A stretch of DNA of 64,000 bases from Candidatus Multivoradales bacterium (GCA_965223855.1 CBDCXM010000009.1:768001-832000), one strand, 5' to 3'. Shown: positions 1 through 13,072, numbered from the stretch's first letter. Numbers and translations: made by a program. The notes: generated by a model from the letters alone, not told the origin.

Positions 1-1333
1 GACCACGACGAGAATCCAGGCCCACGCCCTGGGCGGCAGCTCTGGTTCCGGCGTAGTCGGAATGGAGACTGGCAAGATCGCCCAGAACCTCACGAGCGCC
101 CCCGCGGAGTGGCCGTCTGACGACACTGACCCCGGCGGAGCCTGCAAAGTCATCGACTTCACAACTGGCACACAATGGGCCTCCGGAGCACGTGCCGAGG
201 TCTGGAACGCTCACGTCCCGCCTCTCGGCTTGCAAGTGGAGGCCTCTAATGCCGCGACGGAGGCAGTCTTCTACGGGCCCATAACCACCCAGGCCGACTA
301 CCAGCCTTTCGAGTTCAAACTCAGCGTGCCCGTGAACGGACTGCCGGCAGGTGCGACCGATCTCAGCTGGAGCATCGGCGCGGTCTCAGATTTTGAAGTC
401 ATCACGGGCGGTACCTCCGGCAGTCTCGAGGAAGGCGAGCATGTCTACGTCCAGACAAAGCCATCTGCTGCGGCTATGGCCTCGCCCGGGCTCAAGCAAG
501 CGGTGATTCCCTTCGTTGACCACACCTACCAGACGCATGAGCCGGTTCTTTACTCGGCCTATGTCGGGATCGAGGGGTTCACGCTCACCGACTACAAGGA
601 CATTCTCGGTGAAGGAGAACTCGGCGTCCCTCACGGCACCGCTGAGACGCTGATGCCGCGCAACCGCTGGATCGTCACGCAGTCCGTGACCATCTCGGCG
701 ACGGAGGACTGGGTGGTAGTCGATGGCTTCGGAGGCACAACACCTCAGAGCTACCTGTTACCGGGGATCTTCGGATTCCCGGGCGAGCACAACATTCCGA
801 TGGAGATCGACGGGACCAATCTGAGTCCTGGCGTTCGGGAAGCGACGCTCACGGTATCGTCGGACGACTCTGGGTCGCCGAGCTTCGCCTACGAACGCCA
901 GGTTCGCTTTGACCACTGTCGGCAGGTGAACGCCCTCCAGGGGAGCTGGCAAGAGACGATTCCACCAGGCGAGGACGACTTCGCCGAGTTCACCGCCACC
1001 GCAGACCCGCCGCTGGGGGTGGTAGACGATGTCGATGTCATCGTCGTGGCGACCACTGGGGTCAAGCCGACTCCGGCGCAAGCGTTCTCGGTGGTCCTGG
1101 TTGGCCCCGACGGCACCGAAGTTGTGCTCAAAGGAGACAACGATCCTCTGCTGAAGTACTACGACGACGACAACGTCACCCTGCTCGTCCCTCTCGGAGA
1201 CTTCGACGGTAAACAGGCTGCGGGTCAGTGGAAACTTCGGTTCGAGAACAACTCGGCATCGGACGACCTCGAGGTCGATCTGAGCCGCTGGGAAGTCCGA
1301 CTGCACGTCGATCAAGCACCCAACTGCGAGTAG
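1..1333 (+). CDS. C-terminal part of a large, probably secreted protein ending in a proprotein-convertase P-domain-like module (5' truncated by window edge)
   Basis: Frame is open from the window start. C-terminus has a P-domain-like pattern (VDDVDV...LVGPDGTEVVL...DFDGKQAAGQWKLRF...WEVRL). Confidence 0.6.
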   Translation, partial: TTTRIQAHALGGSSGSGVVGMETGKIAQNLTSAPAEWPSDDTDPGGACKVIDFTTGTQWASGARAEVWNAHVPPLGLQVEASNAATEAVFYGPITTQADYQPFEFKLSVPVNGLPAGATDLSWSIGAVSDFEVITGGTSGSLEEGEHVYVQTKPSAAAMASPGLKQAVIPFVDHTYQTHEPVLYSAYVGIEGFTLTDYKDILGEGELGVPHGTAETLMPRNRWIVTQSVTISATEDWVVVDGFGGTTPQSYLLPGIFGFPGEHNIPMEIDGTNLSPGVREATLTVSSDDSGSPSFAYERQVRFDHCRQVNALQGSWQETIPPGEDDFAEFTATADPPLGVVDDVDVIVVATTGVKPTPAQAFSVVLVGPDGTEVVLKGDNDPLLKYYDDDNVTLLVPLGDFDGKQAAGQWKLRFENNSASDDLEVDLSRWEVRLHVDQAPNCE

Positions 1334-1351
1334 CTCCTGCGGCGGTTCGAG

Positions 1352-2692
1352 ATGGTCAAGCATGAGACGCAACATCACCCTCCTCCCGGCGGGGGGCTTG
1401 TGCTGGCTTTCCTCGGATGCTGCAGCGCGGTGTCGCTCAGTGCCTCGGAGCTACCTTCGCAACCCGACTTGCCTTGGCAGGAAGACGCTCAGCTTGCCGG
1501 TTCGCAGCAACAGTCCATGTGGAGCTTCGGGCAGGCCGTCGACCTTGACGAAGACGTGGCTGTCGTGGGCGCGCCAACGGCGACGATCGGTGGCGAGCAG
1601 TTTCAGGGAGCCGTCTTCGTATATCGGAGGATCGGTGATAAGTGGGAGGAAGAGGCCTACCTGACCGCATCCAACGGCTCCGAGGACGATTTTCTTGGCT
1701 GGTCGGTTGCGGTTGAGGACGACCGGCTCCTCGTAGGGGCACCCGGCTCTGGAGAGGGGCCATTGTTTGGACGCGGCTCGGTGTACCAGTTCGAGTACGA
1801 CGGCCTCGGCTGGAACGAAGTGCAGGAGTTCACCGGCTCCGACAGCGGCCGCAATGACCTGTTCGGTTTCTCTATGTCGCTTGAGGGTCCTCGCCTCGTC
1901 GTCGGAGCGGAGGGAGCCGGCCCCGGAACAGACGGAATCGGAGCGGCCTACTACTTCGAACTCGGGGAGTCGCTGTGGTCCGAGGTACAGAAACTGAACG
2001 ACCCCAGCCTCGGCACCGGCAACAACTTCGGATTCAGTGTCGATCTCGATGGCGACACACTCGCTATCGGCAACAACAGTCACGACACCAAGACCGCAGG
2101 GAACGCCGGCTCCGTGTATGTCTACACTTTCGACGGTTCCAGTTGGACGGAACAGCAGATGCTCGTGGCCTCGGACGCCGGCAATCACACGTTCCTGGGC
2201 TCAGACGTGGCACTCGATGGCGACACGCTTCTGGCTGGAGCCGAGCAGCACGATGTCGGGGCGAACATCCGGCAGGGCGCGGCCTACGTCTTTACCCGCT
2301 CCGGTAGCACCTGGACCGAGCAGCAACAGTTGCTCGCCTCCGACGGGCAGGAGGACTCCTCCTTCGGCACCGCCGTCGCACTCGCTGGTCCGCTCGCCCT
2401 CGTCGGTGCGGAACTCGACCTGGACGACCAGAACATGCAGGGCGTCGTCTACGAGTATCGACTTCAGGGCGGAATCTGGACCGAGCAGGGCTGGTTCAAG
2501 GCCCCGATCGGGCAGGGACTCGACACCTTCGGAGAGGACATCGAGATCGACGGTCGCCGGGTCATCGTGGGCAACTCCAACAACGGTGCTGTCAACCCAC
2601 CAGGCGCCGCCTGGATCTTCCTGCCACCGGTGTTCTTCGGTGACGGCTTCGAGTCCGGCGACACCTCCGCATGGTCCATCACGGTTCCGTAG
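1352..2692 (+). CDS. Secreted FG-GAP repeat (integrin-alpha-like beta-propeller) protein
   Basis: About 7 repeats of the FG-x-S/A-V-x-L-D-G-D...VGAP...GAVYVF type, an N-terminal hydrophobic segment, and a C-terminal FFGDGFESGDTSAWS motif. Confidence 0.85.
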   Translation: MVKHETQHHPPPGGGLVLAFLGCCSAVSLSASELPSQPDLPWQEDAQLAGSQQQSMWSFGQAVDLDEDVAVVGAPTATIGGEQFQGAVFVYRRIGDKWEEEAYLTASNGSEDDFLGWSVAVEDDRLLVGAPGSGEGPLFGRGSVYQFEYDGLGWNEVQEFTGSDSGRNDLFGFSMSLEGPRLVVGAEGAGPGTDGIGAAYYFELGESLWSEVQKLNDPSLGTGNNFGFSVDLDGDTLAIGNNSHDTKTAGNAGSVYVYTFDGSSWTEQQMLVASDAGNHTFLGSDVALDGDTLLAGAEQHDVGANIRQGAAYVFTRSGSTWTEQQQLLASDGQEDSSFGTAVALAGPLALVGAELDLDDQNMQGVVYEYRLQGGIWTEQGWFKAPIGQGLDTFGEDIEIDGRRVIVGNSNNGAVNPPGAAWIFLPPVFFGDGFESGDTSAWSITVP

Positions 2693-2882
2693 TCTTTAGG
2701 GTGCTGCGGGTGTCCCTCGAGCAGGTGTGCGCAGTAGGGACCACCGAAGATCGCCATGAGCCGCAGGATCTTGACCCGGCCCGCGAGTTCTCTTGCGTCT
2801 TGCGGCGGATCAGAGTCTCGATTGCGAATTCAGCTCTGATGGACTCGGTCGGTGCGGCGGGCAAGCCCCCCGCACCCGATGC

Positions 2883-4256
2883 TCAGTCGATGTAGCCGAG
2901 ATCGCGCAGGCCCTCGGTCGTCTCTTCCCCGACCGCGGCTTCGCGGGTCGCGATCGGTGCCAGGGAGCGACGCCACGAGCGCAGGCGTGCCGCCAGCTCG
3001 GCGGCGACCTGAGGCTGCTCCGTCAACCGGTCCGAGAGCTCTCCGGGGTCGGCAGCGAGGTCGAACAGCTCTCTGCGCCCTCCCTCGCGCCACACCACCA
3101 GCTTGTGGGAGTCGGTGCGAGCGGCGACCATGGTGCTGTTCTCGGCAAACACGGTCGCGACGTCGTCACTTGAAGCTGTGCCCCTCAGTCGGGCGATGAG
3201 ATCGGGCGCGCCGCGCCCCGGCTCGAGGCCCACCGCCACCCGCAGCGTCGGCGCCACCGCCCGCAGCTCGACCAGACCGTCGTCGCGCCCTCCCCCCTCG
3301 ATCCCCCAGGAGAGCGGCGGCTTGACGATCAACGGCACGTGGAGGAGCCGATCGACCAATCCCTCCTGATGGCCGAGGAGGCCGCGCTCCATGAACTCCT
3401 CACCGTGGTCCGAGGTCACCACCACCAGCATCTCGTCCCAACGCCCCGTCTCACGCAAGCGATCGAACAGCTGGCCGACGAACTCGTCGGTCTGCACCAG
3501 CTCCTCGTCGTAGTTCGACACCAGCTGGGCCACTTCCTGGGGCGACAGCTGCCGGCTGCCGTCGCGCACCTCGCGGCGCAGACGGCGCCAGTCGTGGCAG
3601 GGGTCGAAGTCGTTGTCACCGGACGAGAACATCCCCTTGGCCCAGTCGCGCGGGCAGTAGGGCCAGTGGAGGTCGAGGTAGTGGAGGTAGACGAAGGTCG
3701 GTCGGCCCTCCTCCTGGGCGCCGAGCCAGCGCAGGTAGTTGCGGTTGACGTTGGCGGCGCCGTCGGTCTGGTTGAGGTAGAAGTCGAATCCCTGGTTGAA
3801 GTTGAAGTTGCGCGACAGCTGGTACTGCTCGCCGATGAGTGCGGTGGCGAAGCCGGCCGCCTGAAGCGGTTCGGAGACCAGCTCGACACCGTCCGACAGC
3901 GCCGGCCCGATCACCTCGCCGCGCCGGTTGCGATCGACCGTCAGGAGGCCGTGCTCACTGGGATAGAGACCCGACAGCAGGCTCGGGACCGAGCCCCGGG
4001 TCCAGTGCGACTGGGAGAAGGCGCGGGTGAAGGTCACCCCTTCCGCCGCCAATCGGTCGAGGTGCGGCGTCGTGGCGCGCTCGTAGCCGTAGGTGCCGAC
4101 GTGATCGGCTCGCAGGCAGTCGATCACCACCAGCAGCAGGTCGGACGGGCGGGGCAGCGGCGGCGCCTTGCCGCAGCCGCTCATTCCGACCAGCGCCGCT
4201 GCTGTCAGCGCGGCGGCGGCAGCGAGACCTCTCGAGGCCGTTGTGAGGTTCATCAT
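2883..4256 (-). CDS. Sulfatase-family lipoprotein
   Basis: Lipobox-like MSGC. Motifs IDCLRADH, TPHLDRLA, SHWTRGS (non-canonical active-site motif), LHWPY, TSDHGEEF, ELFDLAADPGE, LRDLGY. Confidence 0.85.
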   Translation of the reverse strand: MMNLTTASRGLAAAAALTAAALVGMSGCGKAPPLPRPSDLLLVVIDCLRADHVGTYGYERATTPHLDRLAAEGVTFTRAFSQSHWTRGSVPSLLSGLYPSEHGLLTVDRNRRGEVIGPALSDGVELVSEPLQAAGFATALIGEQYQLSRNFNFNQGFDFYLNQTDGAANVNRNYLRWLGAQEEGRPTFVYLHYLDLHWPYCPRDWAKGMFSSGDNDFDPCHDWRRLRREVRDGSRQLSPQEVAQLVSNYDEELVQTDEFVGQLFDRLRETGRWDEMLVVVTSDHGEEFMERGLLGHQEGLVDRLLHVPLIVKPPLSWGIEGGGRDDGLVELRAVAPTLRVAVGLEPGRGAPDLIARLRGTASSDDVATVFAENSTMVAARTDSHKLVVWREGGRRELFDLAADPGELSDRLTEQPQVAAELAARLRSWRRSLAPIATREAAVGEETTEGLRDLGYID

Positions 4257-4284
4257 CCGTGACGACCGATTCTATGGACGCTCG

Positions 4285-4848
4285 TCACTCTCCGGAGCGC
4301 CGGACGAGCCACAACCTGAGATTGACCGCATTGACGAGGATGTGGGCGACGATCGGCGCCAGCAGCGCTCCGCTCCACTCCCGCAGGAAGGCGAAGAGGC
4401 ACCCGGCGACGGCGGCGAAGAGCGTCCACCAGCGATGCTCACGGCCCGGCCCGGTATGAAGCAGGGCGAAGAGCGCTGTCGCCCACACCCAGCCCCATGC
4501 CCCCTGGATCGCGCCGCGGAAGAGCAGCTCCTCGGCGATACCCGAAAGGACCGCGAGAGCGAGGATCTCGTCGGCTTTCGGCTGCCCGAGGACCGCTGCC
4601 AGACTGTCCTCGAGACGGCGCGCCGCGGCGAAGAAGATCCGCACCACCGCCCACAGGCCGATCAGGAGCGCGGCGGCGCCGGCGGCCCCCGCCAGATCGA
4701 GCCACCAGCGCTCGCCCGACCAGAAGAGCTCGAGCCTCAGCTCGCCCCGGACGCCGAGCCAGATGACTCCGGCCAGAGCGACGACCAGGTAGAAGGCCCA
4801 GGCGATCCGATAGAGCTGTGACGGCTGAGCCGATTCGCCCGGGGTCAC
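4285..4848 (-). CDS. CPBP (CAAX protease/Abi) family intramembrane metalloprotease
   Basis: EELLFRG, FALLH and HILVN motifs in a multi-TM protein. Confidence 0.85.
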   Translation of the reverse strand: MTPGESAQPSQLYRIAWAFYLVVALAGVIWLGVRGELRLELFWSGERWWLDLAGAAGAAALLIGLWAVVRIFFAAARRLEDSLAAVLGQPKADEILALAVLSGIAEELLFRGAIQGAWGWVWATALFALLHTGPGREHRWWTLFAAVAGCLFAFLREWSGALLAPIVAHILVNAVNLRLWLVRRSGE

Positions 4849-4890
4849 GAGGTCGCTGGTCGCGTCAGCCGGTCGCGACGGTCAGCGCGG

Positions 4891-7380
4891 TCAATGGATC
4901 GTCTCCTGACCGTCGTCTTCGCCGTCATCGTCGTCCGAGCGCTCGGCGAGCTTGGCGATCGCCACCAGCCGATCGCCGCCCTCGAGGTCCATCAGCTTGA
5001 CCCCCATGGTGGCGCGGCCCGACACCCGCACGCCGTCGACGTTGATGCGGATGATCTTGCCCTCCTGGGTGATCAGCATCATGCCGTCTTCGGGGGTCAC
5101 CTGCTTGGCGCCGAGCACCTGGCCGGTCTTGTCCGACACCTTGAGGTTGATGATCCCCTTGCCGCCGCGGCTCTGGCGCCGGTACTCGTCCACGAGGGTG
5201 CGCTTGCCGATCGCGTTGGCGGCGATCGACAGGATCTCTCCCTCGCCCGAGAGGCTCTCCATCGACACGACACGGTCGCCCTTACGCAGCGAGATGCCGC
5301 GCACGCCGCGCGTCGCACGCCCCATCGGCCGAGCATCCGCTTCCGGGAAGCGGATCGAGTAGCCGAGGGCGGTCGAGAGCATGATGTCGTTGCCGCCGTC
5401 CGTGGTCCGCACGTCGAGCAGCCGGTCGTCGTCGTCGATGTTGATGCCGATGATGCCGCCGGCACGGACGTTCGAGTAGGCCGACAGCTCCGTCTTCTTG
5501 ACCGTGCCGTTCTCGGTCGCGAAGACGAGGAACTCGTCGTCGCTGAACTCGCGCACCGCTACCGTCGTGGCGAGCCTCTCTTCCTTCTCGAGGTGCAGCA
5601 GGTTGACGATCGCCTTGCCGCGCGACGCCGGCCCCATCTGCGGGATCTCGTGCACCTTGAGCCAGTAGAGGCGGCCGCGCTCGGTGAAGACCAGCACGTA
5701 GGAGTGCGCCGTGGCGACGTAGAGGTGCTCGACGAAGTCGCCCTCCTTGGTCACCATCCCCATCCGCCCCTTGCCGCCGCGATTCTGCGAGCGGTAGAGC
5801 GACAACGGCGAGCGCTTGATGTAGCCCGAGTTGGTGACGGTGATCACCATCTCCTCGTCGGCGATCATGTCCTCGATCGTGATGTCGCTCGCCTCGTCGA
5901 TGATCTCGGTGCGGCGCTCGTCGCCGTAGGTTTCGACGATCTCGGCCAGCTCGCCGCGGATCACCTCGAGCACCAGCTCGTCCGAGCCGAGGATGGCGCG
6001 CAGCCGCTCGATCAGCTCCATCAGCTCCTTGTACTCGGCGACCACCTTGTCGCGCTCGAGGCCGGTGAGCTTCTGGAGCCGCATCTCGAGGATCGCCTGC
6101 GCCTGCGGCTCGGTGAACGAGAAGTTCGCGATCAGGTTCTCGCGCGCCTCGGCCGGCGTGGCGCTGGCGCGGATGGTGGCGATCACCTCGTCGAGGTGGT
6201 CGAGCGCCTTGAGGATGCCCTCGAGGATGTGGGCGCGCTCCTCGGCCTTGCGCAGGTCGAACCGGGTGCGCCGGATGACGACCGTCTTGCGGTGGTCGAG
6301 GAAGTGCTCGAGGATCTCTTTGAGCGAGAGCACCCGCGGCTGGTTGTCGACGATCGCCAGCAGGATCATGCCGAACGTCGACTGCATCGCCGTCATCTTG
6401 TAGAGCTGGTTGAGAAGAATCTCCGGCACGGTGCCGCGCTTGACGTCGATGACGACCCGGATGCCGTCGCGATCCGACTCGTCGCGCAGGTCGGAGATGC
6501 CCTCGATCTTCTTGTCGCGCACCAGGGTCGCGATGCGCTCGAGCAGCCGCGCCTTGTTGACCTGGTAGGGGACCTCGGTGATGACGATCGACTGCTTGTC
6601 GCCGCGGCGCTGGGTTTCGATGTTGGCGCGCGCCCGCATCTGGATCGTGCCGCGACCGGTCTCGTAGGCGGCCCGGATCCCGGCGCGACCGTGGATGAAG
6701 CCCGCGGTCGGGAAATCGGGGCCGGGGAGCTTCGCCATAAGCTCCTTGAGCGACGCGTCGGGATTGTCGATCAGCACGTTGAGCGCGCCGATCACCTCGG
6801 TCAGGTTGTGGGGCGGGATGTTGGTCGCCATGCCGACGGCGATGCCGCCGGAACCGTTGATCAGGAGCGACGGGATGCGGGCCGGCAGCACCACCGGCTC
6901 GGCGAGCGAGCCGTCGTAGTTGGGCGCCCAGTCGACGGTCTCCTTGTCGATGTCCTCCTTGAGCATCTCCTCGGCGAGCTTGGTAAGCCGCACCTCGGTG
7001 TAGCGCATCGCCGCCGCGCTGTCGCCGTCGAGTGAACCGAAATTGCCCTGGCCGTCGACCATCGGGTAGCGCAGCGAGAAGTCCTGCGCCATCCGCACCA
7101 CGGTGTCGTAGATCGCCGAGTCGCCGTGCGGGTGGTACTTACCCATGACGTCACCGACGATGCGGGCCGATTTCTTGTAGGGCTTGCGCGAGGTGTTGCC
7201 GCTCTCCCACATGCCGTAGAGGACGCGCCGGTGGACCGGCTTCAGGCCGTCGCGAACGTCGGGCAGCGCGCGCCCGACGATGACGCTCATCGCGTAGTCG
7301 ATGTAGCTGGACTTCAGTTCCTCTTCGATGTCGATCGTCGCCGACGCGTCGAAGGGCAGAACCCGATCGTGTTCACTCAT
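4891..7380 (-). CDS. gyrA: DNA gyrase subunit A
   Basis: [23 protein letters not shown], GyrA-box-like QNRGGKG, C-terminal beta-pinwheel repeats. Confidence 0.98.
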   Translation of the reverse strand: MSEHDRVLPFDASATIDIEEELKSSYIDYAMSVIVGRALPDVRDGLKPVHRRVLYGMWESGNTSRKPYKKSARIVGDVMGKYHPHGDSAIYDTVVRMAQDFSLRYPMVDGQGNFGSLDGDSAAAMRYTEVRLTKLAEEMLKEDIDKETVDWAPNYDGSLAEPVVLPARIPSLLINGSGGIAVGMATNIPPHNLTEVIGALNVLIDNPDASLKELMAKLPGPDFPTAGFIHGRAGIRAAYETGRGTIQMRARANIETQRRGDKQSIVITEVPYQVNKARLLERIATLVRDKKIEGISDLRDESDRDGIRVVIDVKRGTVPEILLNQLYKMTAMQSTFGMILLAIVDNQPRVLSLKEILEHFLDHRKTVVIRRTRFDLRKAEERAHILEGILKALDHLDEVIATIRASATPAEARENLIANFSFTEPQAQAILEMRLQKLTGLERDKVVAEYKELMELIERLRAILGSDELVLEVIRGELAEIVETYGDERRTEIIDEASDITIEDMIADEEMVITVTNSGYIKRSPLSLYRSQNRGGKGRMGMVTKEGDFVEHLYVATAHSYVLVFTERGRLYWLKVHEIPQMGPASRGKAIVNLLHLEKEERLATTVAVREFSDDEFLVFATENGTVKKTELSAYSNVRAGGIIGINIDDDDRLLDVRTTDGGNDIMLSTALGYSIRFPEADARPMGRATRGVRGISLRKGDRVVSMESLSGEGEILSIAANAIGKRTLVDEYRRQSRGGKGIINLKVSDKTGQVLGAKQVTPEDGMMLITQEGKIIRINVDGVRVSGRATMGVKLMDLEGGDRLVAIAKLAERSDDDDGEDDGQETIH

Positions 7381-7428
7381 GATTCACAGAGCCTTCCGGG
7401 AAGGATCGGAAGCGAGGAGATCCCCGCG

Positions 7429-10002
<2,574 letters not shown>

Positions 10003-10105
10003 TCATGGACAGTTAGAGAGGCCTACCGTGCCGGGAGCCAGGTTTCTGCCGGACCCGCATCGAAGAGACGCAAAAAGGGCGTAAATCGAACTCGTATCGA
10101 CGCCC

Positions 10106-10159
10106 TTTTCCACAGCTCTCGCGGCCACCGGTTCTCACGCCGGCGGCTCTTGTGGGGAA
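10106..10159. promoter_or_regulatory. Two DnaA-box-like 9-mers between dnaN and gyrB
   Basis: TTTTCCACA at 10106-10114 and TGTGGGGAA at 10151-10159 (1-2 mismatches to TTATCCACA). Confidence 0.4.
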
Positions 10160-10195
10160 GAGCCGGAAGGGCCGCTCAGGTGGCCGGGAGCGGCC

Positions 10196-11293
10196 TCAGA
10201 CCCGCATCGGCATGATCACGCACAGGTAGCGCCGATCGTCGCCCTCGACCGGCAGGCCGATGCACTGAGAGTTCTCGTCCTTGAGCTGGAAGGTCACCCG
10301 CTCGGTGCCGACCGCGGAGAGGAAGTTCCCCATGTAGTCGGGGTTGATGCCGAGGGCGAACTTGTCGCCGGAGTAGTCGCACGGCAGCTCCTCGCGTGCT
10401 TCCCCCAGATCGGGGTTGGCCGCCGAGATGCTCAGCGTCGAGTCGTCGAACTCAAGCCGCACGGCGCGGGTGCGATCGCCTGTCAGCAGGGCCACGCGCT
10501 GAACCGCCGCGGCGAGCGTCTGGCGCTCGAAGGCGACGTTCTTGTCGTTGTCCTTGGCGATCACCCGCTCGTAGTCCGGGAAGGTTCCTTCGAGGATGCG
10601 ACAGATCAGCTCGCGGCGGCCGAGCCGGAAGGAGAGATGGTGTTCGCTGCGCAGCAGTCCGAGTTCACCGTCGCCTTCGAAGCGCTGCAGCTCCTGGAGC
10701 GCCTTGCGCGGCACCAGCACCCCTTCCTCCGCACGGCCGCCGTCGAGAGCGTTCTCGACCAGCGCCAGGCGATGACCGTCGGTCGCCACCAGCTCGATGC
10801 CGCCCTCCTTGAGCTTGAACAGCGCGCCGTTGAGCTGAAATCGCGACTCCTCCGTCGACACCGCGAAGAGGATCTTGGCGATCATGCTCTTGACCTGCGC
10901 GAAGGGCACGCTCTGAGTGCCCTCCTCGGGCACCTGAGGCAGGGTCGGGAAGTCTTCCGGCGAGAGGCCGTTGATCTTGAATCGCGAACGGCCAGCCTCG
11001 ATCACGAGCTGCCGATCGTCCTCGAGCCGCAACGTCACTTCCTCGTCCACCAGCGAGCGGATGATCTCGAGGAACTTCTTCGCCTGAACCGCCACGCCCC
11101 CGGGCTGCGCCACCTCCGCCTCGCACCACGAGGTCAGCGAGACGTCGAGATCGGTCGCCGCAAGCGCGACGCGGTCGCCGTCCGCACGCAGCAGGATGTG
11201 GGACAGCACCGGAATCGTCGTCCGGCGCTCGACGACGCCCTGCATGGGCGTCAATTCAGTCAGAAAGTCGGCGCGATTGAGGCGGATTTCCAT
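10196..11293 (-). CDS. dnaN: DNA polymerase III beta sliding clamp
   Basis: ATDLD, ATDGHRL, GTFPDY, C-terminal IMPMRV. ATG at 11293 preceded by the RBS GAAGGAG; the ORF-track extension to 11542 is unlikely. Confidence 0.97.
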   Translation of the reverse strand: MEIRLNRADFLTELTPMQGVVERRTTIPVLSHILLRADGDRVALAATDLDVSLTSWCEAEVAQPGGVAVQAKKFLEIIRSLVDEEVTLRLEDDRQLVIEAGRSRFKINGLSPEDFPTLPQVPEEGTQSVPFAQVKSMIAKILFAVSTEESRFQLNGALFKLKEGGIELVATDGHRLALVENALDGGRAEEGVLVPRKALQELQRFEGDGELGLLRSEHHLSFRLGRRELICRILEGTFPDYERVIAKDNDKNVAFERQTLAAAVQRVALLTGDRTRAVRLEFDDSTLSISAANPDLGEAREELPCDYSGDKFALGINPDYMGNFLSAVGTERVTFQLKDENSQCIGLPVEGDDRRYLCVIMPMRV

Positions 11294-11633
11294 GCGGAAG
11301 ACTCCTTCGGAAAGAACGGGGAATATAGCATAGCCGTCGTCGTAGAAGGTGCTGTTGAAGCCGAGGATGAATCGTCGCGAAGCCTGCTGAGAACTGGGTT
11401 TTCGAGCGGGTCCGGTCGGCGGGTGAGGCTGTGGGAAGGTTGTGGAGCGGCTCCCGGCGGGCGGTGGAAATCTGCCGCCGTCCGAGGCTTCCGAAGAACG
11501 TCCACAGGCTCGTCCGCAGGCGGCTCGACAGCCTTTCCACAAGGGTTGTCGAGAACGCTCCTTCGAAGGGAGCCGTGTGGCTCCGGTAGGTGCGTCGGCA
11601 CCGACTCGGATCGGACCGGGACGTCCGGGAAGG
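11294..11633. promoter_or_regulatory. Candidate oriC (dnaA-dnaN intergenic) with degenerate DnaA boxes and a possible DnaA-trio run
   Basis: TGTGGGAAG at 11430, TGTGGAGCG at 11441, CTTTCCACA at 11533. 13 consecutive NNG triplets at 11331-11369 next to AATATAGCAT. Confidence 0.55.
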
Positions 11634-12932
11634 TCAGGAAAGCTGCTCGAGCCAGCGCTTGATCGCCCGATTGAGGTCGGGGTCCTCGGCGCGCAACTTC
11701 TCGATCTTCTCGACCGAGTACATGACGGTCGAGTGGTGCTTGTCGTTGAAGTGCTTCCCGATCTCCGGGTAGGAGAGCTCGGTCAACTGCTTACACAGAT
11801 ACATCGCGACCTGGCGCGGGAAAGCGACCTGCCGGGAGTTGTTGCGGCTCTTGATCTCGGTGACCTTGAGGCCGTAGTGGCGTGCCACCATCTTGGTGAT
11901 CTCCGACGGCAGCACCCGCCGGTTGCCGTCCGGCAGGATGTCCTTGAGCGTCTCCTGGGCGAGATCGAGACTGACCGGCTTTCCTGTCAGCGAGGCGAAG
12001 GCGATGACGCGGTTGAGGCGCCCTTCGAGCTCGCGAATGTTCGACTTCACCTGGGAGGCGATGAAGAGCGCCACGTCGTCCGGCACCTCGACTCGCTCGA
12101 GATCCGCCTTGCGACGCAGGATGGCGATCTTCGTCTCGAGGTCGGGAGGCTGGATGTCGGCGATGAGCCCCCACTCGAAGCGGCTCCGCAGCCGCTCTTC
12201 GAGATCCTGTATGTCGCGGGGTGAAGAGTCGGAGGAAAGGATAATCTGCTTCTGTCTCGTATAAAGAGTATTGAAGGTGTGGAAAAACTCTTCCTGGGTA
12301 CGCTCTTTATTTGCCAGAAACTGAATATCGTCGACCATCAGCACGTCGATCGACCGGTAACGCTCACGGAACTCCGGCATGCGATTGAAGCGCAGCGAGC
12401 TGATGAGCTCGTTGACGAACTGCTCGGCTGCCAGGTACATCACCTTGAGGTCGGGATGCCGACGGACGATCTCGTGACCGATGGCGTGCAGGAGGTGGGT
12501 CTTGCCCAGTCCTACGCCGCCGTAGAGGAACAACGGGTTGTAGCTCTCCGCCGGTCGGTGCGAGATCGACTGTGCCGCCGCATGAGCGAACTGATTCGAG
12601 CTGCCGACGACGAAACTGTCGAAGGAGTAGCGGGGATTGAAGGCATCTCCGACCACGCTGCCGGTCGCCCGGTCGGTGCCGGCCTGCGGCTCGTCCTCGA
12701 CGGCGAAGAGCACCTTGAACGCGGAGCCGCGCAGCTCGCTGATGGCGCGATCGACCGCCGGCCGGTAGCTCTGCTCGAGGGTGTGGAGAAAACGCTCGCT
12801 GGGTGCCGAAAGAGTGAGTGAATCGCCGCTCTCGGAACGTACCTTCAGCGGCCGGAACCAGGTCGTAAACTCCTCTGGATCCAGCTCCTTACGGAGATGG
12901 TCCTGGAGGCTTTGCCAGAGGGCGCGTTCCAT
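11634..12932 (-). CDS. dnaA: Chromosomal replication initiator DnaA
   Basis: YNPLFLYGGVGLGKTHL, DDIQF, QEEFFHTFN, RLRSRFEWGL, NIRELEG, PRQVAMYL, HSTV. Likely start MERALW at 12932. Confidence 0.98.
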   Translation of the reverse strand: MERALWQSLQDHLRKELDPEEFTTWFRPLKVRSESGDSLTLSAPSERFLHTLEQSYRPAVDRAISELRGSAFKVLFAVEDEPQAGTDRATGSVVGDAFNPRYSFDSFVVGSSNQFAHAAAQSISHRPAESYNPLFLYGGVGLGKTHLLHAIGHEIVRRHPDLKVMYLAAEQFVNELISSLRFNRMPEFRERYRSIDVLMVDDIQFLANKERTQEEFFHTFNTLYTRQKQIILSSDSSPRDIQDLEERLRSRFEWGLIADIQPPDLETKIAILRRKADLERVEVPDDVALFIASQVKSNIRELEGRLNRVIAFASLTGKPVSLDLAQETLKDILPDGNRRVLPSEITKMVARHYGLKVTEIKSRNNSRQVAFPRQVAMYLCKQLTELSYPEIGKHFNDKHHSTVMYSVEKIEKLRAEDPDLNRAIKRWLEQLS

Positions 12933-12942
12933 AATGGAGGGG

Positions 12943-12962
12943 TTTTCCACAGTTGTGGAAAA
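12943..12962. promoter_or_regulatory. Inverted pair of DnaA boxes just upstream of the dnaA start (likely autoregulation)
   Basis: TTTTCCACA-gt-TGTGGAAAA, 11 bp upstream of the ATG. Extended -10 TGCTACTAT on the minus strand at 13034-13042. Confidence 0.75.
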
Positions 12963-13072
12963 CTTGTTGATCGCAGTCCCGGAGGCTGCCGGAAGCGAAA
13001 AAGCCCTGCGATTCCTTCCCTTGCGGGCGAGCGATAGTAGCACAGCACCGGGGGCGCGCAAGACGGCCGGCG

